This document shows positions 25,822 through 34,631 of a stretch of DNA of 64,000 nucleotides, piece after piece; within the stretch, counting starts at the first letter, position 1; every line of letters starts with the position of its first letter. The translations under genes and the position numbers were made by a program. This DNA comes from Escherichia phage vB_Eco_mar004NP2. The notes under the pieces are model-generated. The model saw only the letters and a program-made list of their open reading frames with translations, did not search any database and was not told the origin of the DNA. The stretch lies in sequence record NC_048205.1; one strand, written 5' to 3'.

Positions 25822-27032
25822 TGGGTTTAAAAAGCTGGATTACTGAAAAGTTAAATCCGGGTCAACGTATTATAAGAGACATGGAACCAGTTAGTCATCG
25901 CACTAACCGTAAGCCTTTTACCACTGGACAAGCCTACAGTAAAATTGAGATTCTCAATAGAACTGCTAATATGGTTATAGATAGTGCGGCGGAGTGTTCT
26001 TATACTGTCGGAGATAAATATAATATTGTTACGTACGCTAATGGCGTCAAAACAAAGACTCTAGACACTCTCTTAAATGTACGACCTAATCCATTCATGG
26101 ATATAAGCACATTCCGTAGACTTGTAGTCACTGACCTACTTTTTGAAGGTTGTGCATACATCTATTGGGATGGCACATCGCTTTACCATGTCCCGGCTGC
26201 TCTTATGCAGGTCGAGGCAGATGCCAATAAGTTTATCAAAAAGTTTATATTTAATAATCAGATAGACTATCGCGTAGATGAGATTATCTTTATAAAGGAT
26301 AACAGTTACGTGTGTGGCACAAATTCTCAAATTTCTGGACAATCTCGTGTTGCTACTGTTATTGATTCTCTTGAAAAGCGTTCTAAGATGCTTAACTTTA
26401 AAGAGAAATTCCTAGATAACGGAACCGTGATTGGTCTTATTCTTGAGACGGATGAAATCCTGAACAAGAAATTGCGTGAGCGTAAACAAGAAGAATTACA
26501 ACTCGATTATAATCCTAGTACTGGTCAGTCTTCTGTCCTGATTCTAGATGGTGGTATGAAAGCTAAACCGTACTCCCAAATATCCTCTTTTAAAGATCTA
26601 GACTTTAAGGAAGACATTGAAGGATTTAATAAATCTATCTGTCTAGCCTTTGGTGTTCCGCAAGTGTTGCTTGATGGGGGTAATAATGCGAACATTCGAC
26701 CAAACATCGAACTGTTCTATTATATGACTATCATTCCTATGCTGAACAAACTGACTAGTTCTCTTACTTTCTTTTTTGGTTATAAGATCACTCCGAATAC
26801 TAAGGAAGTCGCAGCATTAACACCAGATAAAGAAGCAGAGGCTAAACATTTAACCTCATTGGTTAATAATGGTATTATAACCGGTAACGAAGCTCGTTCA
26901 GAGCTGAACCTTGAACCTTTAGATGATGAGCAGATGAATAAGATCCGTATTCCTGCTAACGTCGCTGGTTCTGCAACAGGTGTATCTGGTCAAGAAGGTG
27001 GTAGACCCAAGAGTTCCACCGAGGGAGATTAA
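25821..27032 (+). CDS. portal protein
   Basis: 403 aa; between terminase and prohead protease. Confidence 0.7.
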   Translation: MGLKSWITEKLNPGQRIIRDMEPVSHRTNRKPFTTGQAYSKIEILNRTANMVIDSAAECSYTVGDKYNIVTYANGVKTKTLDTLLNVRPNPFMDISTFRRLVVTDLLFEGCAYIYWDGTSLYHVPAALMQVEADANKFIKKFIFNNQIDYRVDEIIFIKDNSYVCGTNSQISGQSRVATVIDSLEKRSKMLNFKEKFLDNGTVIGLILETDEILNKKLRERKQEELQLDYNPSTGQSSVLILDGGMKAKPYSQISSFKDLDFKEDIEGFNKSICLAFGVPQVLLDGGNNANIRPNIELFYYMTIIPMLNKLTSSLTFFFGYKITPNTKEVAALTPDKEAEAKHLTSLVNNGIITGNEARSELNLEPLDDEQMNKIRIPANVAGSATGVSGQEGGRPKSSTEGD

Positions 27033-27034
27033 GA

Positions 27035-27520
27035 ATGATTGATTATAGTGGTCTGAGGACCATTTTTGGTGAAAAACTGCCAGAATCTCATATCTTCTTT
27101 GCTACGGTTGCTGCGCATAAATATGTTCCTAGCTATGCTTTTCTGCGTAGAGAACTAGGGCTTTCATCTGCGCATACTAATCGTAAAGTATGGAAGAAAT
27201 TTGTAGAGGCTTATGGTAAAGCAATTCCTCCGGCTCCACCATTAACTCTTTCTAAAGATTTAACTGCGAGCATGTCAGTTGAAGAGGGAGCAGCATTAAC
27301 ACTTTCTGTTACTGCAACTGGGGGTACTGGTCCATATACTTATGCATGGACTAAAGATGGTTCTCCTATTCCTGGTGCTTCAGGAGCTACCTATACTAAG
27401 CCTACAGCAGCAGCTGAGGATGCCGGCTCTTATAAAGTAACTGTAACAGATAGTAAGCAAGTAAGTAAGGATTCTACTGCATGTGCTGTAACAGTTAATC
27501 CTACTGTTCCTGGAGGCTAA
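27035..27520 (+). CDS. capsid decoration protein with Ig-like domain (pb10-like)
   Basis: 161 aa; C-terminal Ig-like repeat TGGTGPYTYAWTKDGSPIPGASGATY. Confidence 0.6.
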   Translation: MIDYSGLRTIFGEKLPESHIFFATVAAHKYVPSYAFLRRELGLSSAHTNRKVWKKFVEAYGKAIPPAPPLTLSKDLTASMSVEEGAALTLSVTATGGTGPYTYAWTKDGSPIPGASGATYTKPTAAAEDAGSYKVTVTDSKQVSKDSTACAVTVNPTVPGG

Positions 27521-27523
27521 TAA

Positions 27524-28156
27524 ATGACACAAGCTGCTATTGACTATAACAAGTTAAAATCAGCACCGGTTCATTTAGATGCTTATATTAAATCTATTGA
27601 TAGCGAATCCAAAGAGGGTGTTGTAAAAATACGTGGATTCGCTAATACAATTAGTAAAGATCGCGCTGGTGATGTAATTCCTGCTTCTGCATGGAAAACA
27701 TCTAATGCACTTACTAACTACATGAAAAACCCGATTATTCTTTTCGGACACGATCATCGTCGTCCAATCGGTAAGTGTATTGATCTTAACCCCACTGAAA
27801 TGGGTCTCGAAATCGAATGCGAGATCTATGAAAGTTCTGACCCGGCTATCTTTTCACTAATTAAAAACGGTGTACTGAAAACTTTTAGTATCGGATTCCG
27901 CTGCCTAGATGCAGAGTGGGATGAAGCTACTGATATATTTATTATTAAAGATTTAGAACTATACGAAGTTTCGGTAGTTTCTGTACCTTGTAATCAGGAC
28001 TCAACATTCAATCTCGCTAAGAGCATGAATGGTCATGATTATACTGAATGGCGTAAATCTTTTACTGCAATAAGTTCTAAAGCTGTCCCAGCTCAAGAAC
28101 GTAATCTTTCTGAACTAGAAAAACTTGCGATAGCTTTAGGCTACGTTAAAGAATAA
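27524..28156 (+). CDS. prohead protease
   Basis: 210 aa immediately upstream of major capsid gene. Confidence 0.65.
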   Translation: MTQAAIDYNKLKSAPVHLDAYIKSIDSESKEGVVKIRGFANTISKDRAGDVIPASAWKTSNALTNYMKNPIILFGHDHRRPIGKCIDLNPTEMGLEIECEIYESSDPAIFSLIKNGVLKTFSIGFRCLDAEWDEATDIFIIKDLELYEVSVVSVPCNQDSTFNLAKSMNGHDYTEWRKSFTAISSKAVPAQERNLSELEKLAIALGYVKE

Positions 28157-28173
28157 CGGAGAATTATTTAAAA

Positions 28174-29550
28174 ATGACTATTGATATTAATAAGCTGAAA
28201 GAAGAACTTGGTCTGGGTGATCTGGCTAAATCTCTGGAAGGTCTGACCGCTGCTCAGAAAGCCCAGGAAGCTGAACGTATGCGTAAAGAGCAGGAAGAAA
28301 AAGAACTGGCTCGTATGAATGACCTGGTTTCTAAAGCAGTTGGCGAAGATCGTCAGAAACTGGAACAAGCTCTGGAACTGGTTAAGTCCCTGGATGAAAA
28401 ATCTAAGAAGAGCGCAGAACTGTTCGCACAGACTGTAGAAAAGCAGCAGGAAACCATTGTTGGTCTTCAGGATGAAATTAAATCTCTGCTAGCAGCTCGT
28501 GAAGGTCGTTCCTTCGTCGGTGATAGCGTAGCTAAAGCACTGTATGGTACTCAGGAAGCTTTTGAAGATGAAGTTGAAAAACTAGTTCTCCTGTCTTATA
28601 TGATGGAGAAGGACGTATTTGAAACTGAACATGGTAAAGCCCACGTTAAAGCTGTTAATACTTCTTCCTCTGTACAGGTTTCCAGTGAAAACTACGAAAC
28701 TATTTTCTCTACCCGTATCCTTCGTGACCTGCAGAAAGAGTTAGTAGTTGGTGCACTGTTCGATGAACTGCCAATGTCCAGCAAAATTCTTACTATGCTG
28801 GTTGAGCCTGAAGCTGGAAAAGCTACTTGGGTAGATGCTGGTTCCTACGGTACTGATGCTACTGTTGGTAACGAAGTTAAAGGTACTCTGACTGAAATTA
28901 GTTTTAAAACCTACAAACTGGCTGCTAAGTCCTTCATTACTGATGAAACTGAAGAAGATGCAATCTTCTCCCTGCTGCCGCTGCTGCGTAAGCGTCTGAT
29001 TGAAGCACATGCTGTTTCTATCGAAGAAGCTTTTATGACTGGTGATGGTACTGGTAAGCCGAAAGGTCTGTTGAAACTGGCTGAAGATGATGGTGCTAAA
29101 GTTACTACTGAAGCTAAAGCTGATGGTACTGTTCTGGTAACTGCTAAAACTATCTCTAAACTGCGTCGTAAACTGGGTCGTCATGGTCTGAAACTGAGCA
29201 AACTGGTACTGATAGTATCTATGGATGCTTACTACGATCTGCTGGAAGACGAAGAATGGCAGGATGTTGCACAGGTTGGTAACGATGCTGTTAAACTGCA
29301 AGGTCAGGTTGGTCGTATCTATGGTCTTCCGGTTGTAGTTTCTGAATACTTCCCAGCTAAAGCAGCAGATAAAGAGTTCGCAGTTATTGTTTATAAAGAT
29401 AACTTCGTAATGCCGCGTCAGCGTGCTGTTACTGTTGAACGTGAGCGCCAAGCTGGTAAACAGCGTGATGCGTACTACGTTACTCAGCGTGTTAACCTGC
29501 AACGTTACTTCGAAAACGGCGTTGTATCTGGTGCTTACGCTGCATCTTAA
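28174..29550 (+). CDS. major capsid protein precursor (pb8-like, with N-terminal scaffold domain)
   Basis: 458 aa; coiled-coil N-terminal ~150 aa; very optimal codon usage; followed by terminator. Confidence 0.85.
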   Translation: MTIDINKLKEELGLGDLAKSLEGLTAAQKAQEAERMRKEQEEKELARMNDLVSKAVGEDRQKLEQALELVKSLDEKSKKSAELFAQTVEKQQETIVGLQDEIKSLLAAREGRSFVGDSVAKALYGTQEAFEDEVEKLVLLSYMMEKDVFETEHGKAHVKAVNTSSSVQVSSENYETIFSTRILRDLQKELVVGALFDELPMSSKILTMLVEPEAGKATWVDAGSYGTDATVGNEVKGTLTEISFKTYKLAAKSFITDETEEDAIFSLLPLLRKRLIEAHAVSIEEAFMTGDGTGKPKGLLKLAEDDGAKVTTEAKADGTVLVTAKTISKLRRKLGRHGLKLSKLVLIVSMDAYYDLLEDEEWQDVAQVGNDAVKLQGQVGRIYGLPVVVSEYFPAKAADKEFAVIVYKDNFVMPRQRAVTVERERQAGKQRDAYYVTQRVNLQRYFENGVVSGAYAAS

Positions 29551-29562
29551 TACAGGCTTTTC

Positions 29563-29596
29563 AGCCGATAAGGAGAGCTTCGGCTCTCCTTTTTTA
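29563..29596 (+). terminator. rho-independent terminator
   Basis: AAGGAGAGC-TTCG-GCTCTCCTT then TTTTTTATT. Confidence 0.7.
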
Positions 29597-29609
29597 TTGG
29601 GAAAAATAA

Positions 29610-30122
29610 ATGCAAATCATCACAGCCGAAGATTATAGATTATATGGTGGTTTAAAACGACCTGAATTAGAATCTGGTGTAGAAATGATGATTACTGCTG
29701 CCAATGCGCTGATCACAAGCCTTCTAGGCATGGATGACGCTGATGCGGTAGACCAGTTAATCAATACAAAACCTACACGTAGGAAATATTTTCTGAGCTC
29801 ACCATCTGCTACCTCCGTAACTAAAGTGACGATTAACGATAATGAGATTGACCCAGAGCAGTATAGGCTATACTCTGACGGTATTATCCTTCTCAAATTT
29901 AATCCTCCAGAAGGTTATATGGATGTAGCATATACACAAGGTGGATTCAATCCAATACCTGAAGATCTCAAACTTGCAGCATGTATGTTAGTAGATCATT
30001 GGCACAAACAAGATTATCGCCAAGCTAAAACAATTGGTGGTGAAACAGTAACCTTCAATAGCACTAAGTCTGGTATTCCAGAGCATATTCGTACTATTAT
30101 TGAAGTATATAGGAGAGTATAA
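29610..30122 (+). CDS. head completion/adaptor protein (170 aa)
   Basis: position after capsid gene. Confidence 0.45.
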   Translation: MQIITAEDYRLYGGLKRPELESGVEMMITAANALITSLLGMDDADAVDQLINTKPTRRKYFLSSPSATSVTKVTINDNEIDPEQYRLYSDGIILLKFNPPEGYMDVAYTQGGFNPIPEDLKLAACMLVDHWHKQDYRQAKTIGGETVTFNSTKSGIPEHIRTIIEVYRRV

Positions 30123-30889
30123 TGTCTCTTTCCGATCTAGCTAAACAAATTATTAAAGAGCAGCTAGATACTGCAGGACGATCTGAAAATAATAAGAATA
30201 CTGTTGTATACTCTGTTGAAACAGGGCTAAAAGATCCTACCAGAGATGGTACTGTTGCTCAAGTATCTTTTAAGTTTTCAAAGCCTGTATCCCAAGATCT
30301 TCTTGATGTTAGAACAGCCTCTATACTAAAAGCTGTATCCTCTAGTTTAGATCTTTCGGGAGATTTAGGTGCTTTAGAGAATTTAATACAAGCAACCGCT
30401 GGTAAAAAATCTGCTGTAGGTAAAAAACGTTCTACAGGCAGAGTACAGGTAAACTTTGGGGATCCTAGAGACGTAGAGGATGGATACTCAGGTGCAATAA
30501 CAGGTGCTTCCGGACGTTTTGTATCAAATAGCAATATGAAGGTTATATTAGAGATAGTTGCTAAAGAGTACTTAATAAAGGATATGAAAAAGACAGGAGC
30601 GCCATTAAAATTTAGAACCGGTCGCTTTGCAAATTCTCTGAAAATTAAGGATGTTATACTTAGAGATGCAGAGACTAGTAAAGGCTCTCCTGAATTGAAC
30701 GTAACATATAATTATATGACTCGTCCATATTCTGTATTCAACCCTGCAGTATCTACGTATAGAAGATTATCTCTAAGACCTTATCCTGGCGCTAGAAATC
30801 CACAAAAACTTATTGGTGAGGCTATAGCAAAAGCTGCAAGAGACCTGATTCACTCTAGATATAAAATCAAGGTTAATCAAGGAACCTAA
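30122..30889 (+). CDS. head-tail connector protein (255 aa)
   Basis: position; coupled start. Confidence 0.4.
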   Translation: MSLSDLAKQIIKEQLDTAGRSENNKNTVVYSVETGLKDPTRDGTVAQVSFKFSKPVSQDLLDVRTASILKAVSSSLDLSGDLGALENLIQATAGKKSAVGKKRSTGRVQVNFGDPRDVEDGYSGAITGASGRFVSNSNMKVILEIVAKEYLIKDMKKTGAPLKFRTGRFANSLKIKDVILRDAETSKGSPELNVTYNYMTRPYSVFNPAVSTYRRLSLRPYPGARNPQKLIGEAIAKAARDLIHSRYKIKVNQGT

Positions 30890-30892
30890 TAA

Positions 30893-31378
30893 ATGGACCA
30901 TAGAACAAGTATTGCACAAGCTCTGGTTGACCGTATATCTAAACAGTTGGACGGTTCTCAACCTGACGAATATTTTAATAACCTATATGGAAACGTTTCT
31001 CGTCAAACTTATAAATTTGAGGAAATACGAGAGTTTCCTTATGTGGCAGTTCATATCGGAACTGAAACTGGGCAGTATCTTCCTTCAGGCCAACAGTGGA
31101 TGTTTTTAGAACTTCCAATCCTGGTGTATGATAAAGAGAAAACAGACATTCAAGAGCAACTTGAAAAACTCGTAGCGGATATAAAAACCGTTATTGACAC
31201 AGGTGGAAATTTAGAATATACTGTTAGTAAACCTAATGGATCGACCTTCCCATGTGAGGCAACTGATATGATCATTACATCAGTTAGTACAGATGAGGGT
31301 CTACTGGCCCCATATGGTTTAGCAGAAATAAATGTAACAGTGAGGTATCAGCCTCCACGTAGGTCACTTCGCAGATAA
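30893..31378 (+). CDS. tail completion/terminator protein (161 aa)
   Basis: position upstream of tail tube gene. Confidence 0.4.
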   Translation: MDHRTSIAQALVDRISKQLDGSQPDEYFNNLYGNVSRQTYKFEEIREFPYVAVHIGTETGQYLPSGQQWMFLELPILVYDKEKTDIQEQLEKLVADIKTVIDTGGNLEYTVSKPNGSTFPCEATDMIITSVSTDEGLLAPYGLAEINVTVRYQPPRRSLRR

Positions 31379-31404
31379 GTTACAGATTAGGAGAAAATAA
31401 TTAA

Positions 31405-32814
31405 ATGTCTTTACAACTATTACGTAATACTCGAATCTTCGTGTCTACGGTTAAGACTGGTCATAATAAGACCAACACGCAAGAGATTCTAGTTCAGGAT
31501 GATATTTCTTGGGGTCAGGACAGTAACTCAACAGATATTACTGTTAATGAAGCTGGTCCGCGTCCAACTCGTGGTTCTAAACGTTTTAATGACTCTTTAA
31601 ACGCGGCTGAGTGGAGTTTCTCTACTTATATCCTGCCATATAAAGATAAAACTACTAACAAACAGATTGTCCCTGACTATATGTTATGGCATGCTCTTTC
31701 TAGCGGTAAAGCTCTTAACCTAGAAGGTGATACAGGAGCACATAATAACGAAACCAATTTTATGGTTAACTTTAAAGATAACGCGTACCACGAACTGGCA
31801 ATGCTGCATATCTACATCCTGACTGACAAAGCATGGAGTTACATCGACTCTTGCCAGATCAACCAGGCAGAAGTTAACGTTGATATTGAGGATATTGGTC
31901 GTGTAACTTGGTCAGGTAATGGTAACCAGCTTATTCCTTTGGATGAGCAACCATTTGATCCTGATACTGTAGGTATTGATGATGAAACTTATATGACTAT
32001 TCAGAGTTCTTATATCAAGAACAAATTGACTATCCTGAAAATTAAGGATATGGATTCTGATAAGGCATATGATATCCCTATTACTGGAGGTACTTTCACC
32101 ATTAATAACAATATTACGTACCTAACCCCCAATATTATGTCCCGTGTAAATATTCCGATCGGTTCATTTACTGGTGCGTTTGAACTAACTGGTTCTCTGA
32201 CAGCTTACCTTAATGATAAAGCTCTAGGATCTATGGAGCTATATAAAGATCTAATTAAAACTCTTAAGGTAGTTAACAAGTTTGAAGTTGCACTTATCCT
32301 TGGTGGTGAATATGATGATGAACGTCCGGCAGCTGTGTTAGTTGCTAAACAGGCGCATGTTAATATTCCTACTATTGAGACTGATGATGTACTTGGTACT
32401 TCAGTAGAGTTTAAAGCTATCCCTACAGATCTGGATACTGGTGATGAAGGTTATCTTGGTTTTTCTAACAAGTATACTAAAACCACTGTGGCTAATCTGA
32501 TTGCTACAGGAGATGGCGCTAAAACTCCACCAAAACTAGTTGAATCAATCACAGTTAAATCAGCTGGTAATGTCACTTCAGTGGAGAATAGCAATACTCT
32601 ACAGATGTCTGTTGAAGTAACTCCGCCAGATGCTACTAATAGTGCTGTAACTTGGTCTATTTCTAGCGGTGATGCAGCTACAATTGATCCAGAATCTGGT
32701 CTATTAACTGCGGATACTACTAAGACTGGAGAAGTTACTGTGAAAGCTGTAGCTAAAGACGGTTCTGGTGTAGAAGGTACTAAGAGCATTACAGTTACTG
32801 GTTCTGGTGGCTAA
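31405..32814 (+). CDS. major tail tube protein with C-terminal Ig-like (Big_2-type) domain (pb6-like)
   Basis: 469 aa; C-terminal VTWSISSGDAATIDPESGLLTA..VTVKAVAKDGSG. Confidence 0.7.
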   Translation: MSLQLLRNTRIFVSTVKTGHNKTNTQEILVQDDISWGQDSNSTDITVNEAGPRPTRGSKRFNDSLNAAEWSFSTYILPYKDKTTNKQIVPDYMLWHALSSGKALNLEGDTGAHNNETNFMVNFKDNAYHELAMLHIYILTDKAWSYIDSCQINQAEVNVDIEDIGRVTWSGNGNQLIPLDEQPFDPDTVGIDDETYMTIQSSYIKNKLTILKIKDMDSDKAYDIPITGGTFTINNNITYLTPNIMSRVNIPIGSFTGAFELTGSLTAYLNDKALGSMELYKDLIKTLKVVNKFEVALILGGEYDDERPAAVLVAKQAHVNIPTIETDDVLGTSVEFKAIPTDLDTGDEGYLGFSNKYTKTTVANLIATGDGAKTPPKLVESITVKSAGNVTSVENSNTLQMSVEVTPPDATNSAVTWSISSGDAATIDPESGLLTADTTKTGEVTVKAVAKDGSGVEGTKSITVTGSGG

Positions 32815-32818
32815 TTAA

Positions 32819-33721
32819 ATGTACTACTCTCTAATGAGAGAGTCAAAAGTTATAGTTGAGTATGATGGTAGGGCATTTCATTTTGATGCCCTATCAAACT
32901 ATGATATACAGACTTCCTACGAGGAATTCAAGACTCTTCGTAGGACTGTTCATCGTAGAACTAACTATGCAGACTCTATTATAAATGCTCAAACCCCCTC
33001 TTCTATCTCTCTAGCAGTAAATTTCAGTAATACTCTTACGGAGGCTAACTTCTTTGAATGGTTAGGTTTTGATAGAAAAGGTAATACTTTCTTACTCCCA
33101 CTATATAGTAATAATATTGAACCTATTATGTTTAATATCTATATAGTAAATAAAGATAATAACTGTGTATATTTTGAAAACTGCTATGTATCTACAGTAG
33201 ATTTTTCTTTAGATAAGAACATACCAATTCTTAATGTTGGTATTGAGTCTGGGAAATTCTCAGAAGTATCTACCTATAGAGAAGCAGCTTCTATTATACA
33301 GGGTGAAGTAATGTCTTACAGCCCAGTAATAGCTTCTACTAATGGCAGCATCTTACCCGGTCTTATTTCTGCCTCTTTATCTTTCCAGCAGCAGTGCTCT
33401 TGGAGAGAGGATAAGAGTGTTTTTGATATAAATAAAATTTATAATAATAAAAGAGCCTATGTAACTGAAATGAATGCTTCGGCAACCCTTTCTTTGTATT
33501 ACTTAAAACGTTTTGCAGGGGATATGGTTTATAATATAGAACCGGAGACAGATGTACCTTTAAATATAAGAAATAATAATATTTCTATAGATTTTCCTTC
33601 AGCACGTATTACAAAACGCCTAGATTTCTCAGATGTGTATAGAGTTGAGTGGGATATTATACCTACTGCTTCCTCAGACCCAGTGAGAATAGATTTCTTT
33701 GGAGAAATTAAAAATGATTAA
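32819..33721 (+). CDS. tail structural protein (300 aa)
   Basis: position between tube and tape measure genes. Confidence 0.4.
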   Translation: MYYSLMRESKVIVEYDGRAFHFDALSNYDIQTSYEEFKTLRRTVHRRTNYADSIINAQTPSSISLAVNFSNTLTEANFFEWLGFDRKGNTFLLPLYSNNIEPIMFNIYIVNKDNNCVYFENCYVSTVDFSLDKNIPILNVGIESGKFSEVSTYREAASIIQGEVMSYSPVIASTNGSILPGLISASLSFQQQCSWREDKSVFDINKIYNNKRAYVTEMNASATLSLYYLKRFAGDMVYNIEPETDVPLNIRNNNISIDFPSARITKRLDFSDVYRVEWDIIPTASSDPVRIDFFGEIKND

Positions 33722-34118
33722 TTTAAAAGATATTACTCTTGATACTCGTACTATTACTCTTTCCTACCCAGGTATGCCGAACTTTAAACTAGAACTTAAC
33801 TATATGTCTCGTGCTACCTCTAAACGTGTTATTTCTTCTGCTAAACGCGATGAATGGGTTAATGGTACTTTGATTCAGGTACAGGATGATGATAAGTTCA
33901 TTGAAGCCTTCGTTGACGCAGCTATTAAAGGTTGGACCGGTTTGACTGTAGGTGACGTTGAAAAACTGATGCTGATTGAAACAGATGCTGATCCTGCTAC
34001 TGAAGTTCCTTTTAGCCGCGATAATGCTGTAATGCTCATGCAGAACTCTGCTGCGTTTGACTCTTGGATCAACCAGACAGTGTTCCACTTAGACACTTTT
34101 CGTAGCCCAAAAGCGTAA
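33699..34118 (+). CDS. tail assembly chaperone (139 aa)
   Basis: acidic small protein upstream of tape measure gene. Confidence 0.45.
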   Translation: MEKLKMINLKDITLDTRTITLSYPGMPNFKLELNYMSRATSKRVISSAKRDEWVNGTLIQVQDDDKFIEAFVDAAIKGWTGLTVGDVEKLMLIETDADPATEVPFSRDNAVMLMQNSAAFDSWINQTVFHLDTFRSPKA

Positions 34119-34179
34119 AGAACTCCTAGATGCTGTTGCTGATTTTGCAGATAAATGTATTAAAAGCTCAGCATCTAAA

Positions 34180-34548
34180 ATGACCAAACAACAATATTTA
34201 ATACTTTGTGAGTCAATGGGTATAGAACCTGATCCTAAGGCTATGCCTGTTGAGCTTGAAGATTTTCCACCTATTGTAGCTATTAGTATGAATATTTATA
34301 ATAGTCTAGTTGACTGTTTCATACCTGGTGACTTTCCTATCTTTATAGGTAAAGATAAAGCTGCTCTAGGTGTTTTATTTGATATTTATGGGATTACCGA
34401 TCCTATAGAAAAAGAATTTGTTCTACACATTATCAATATATTTGATGCTAAAGCTGTAGACGCTGCACGTAAACGTGCCGAGAAGCATAAACCGCAAAAC
34501 GGAAGAATACCTAACGTTAAGCCACATGCTAGATCTCGGGCGCGATAA
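34180..34548 (+). CDS. tail assembly protein/chaperone (122 aa)
   Basis: position. Confidence 0.4.
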   Translation: MTKQQYLILCESMGIEPDPKAMPVELEDFPPIVAISMNIYNSLVDCFIPGDFPIFIGKDKAALGVLFDIYGITDPIEKEFVLHIINIFDAKAVDAARKRAEKHKPQNGRIPNVKPHARSRAR

Positions 34549-34583
34549 AAGTTTCCTCCAATGGGCGTTCCACGATGAGGCTT

Positions 34584-34616
34584 GGCTCTGGGTGATTTGC
34601 CCAGAGCCTTTTTTAT
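34584..34616 (+). terminator. rho-independent terminator
   Basis: GGCTCTGGG-TGATTTG-CCCAGAGCC then TTTTTTATT. Confidence 0.7.
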
Positions 34617-34631
34617 TGGGAAAAATAAAAT

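Noticed and set aside
28741-29502. 253-aa antisense ORF inside the major capsid gene, and similar antisense ORFs (32451-32789, 44661-45068, 50971-51549, 53617-54297)
   Set aside because: They lie wholly within well-supported genes on the opposite strand, lack ribosome-binding sites, and several are low-complexity products of coding repeats; most likely spurious.
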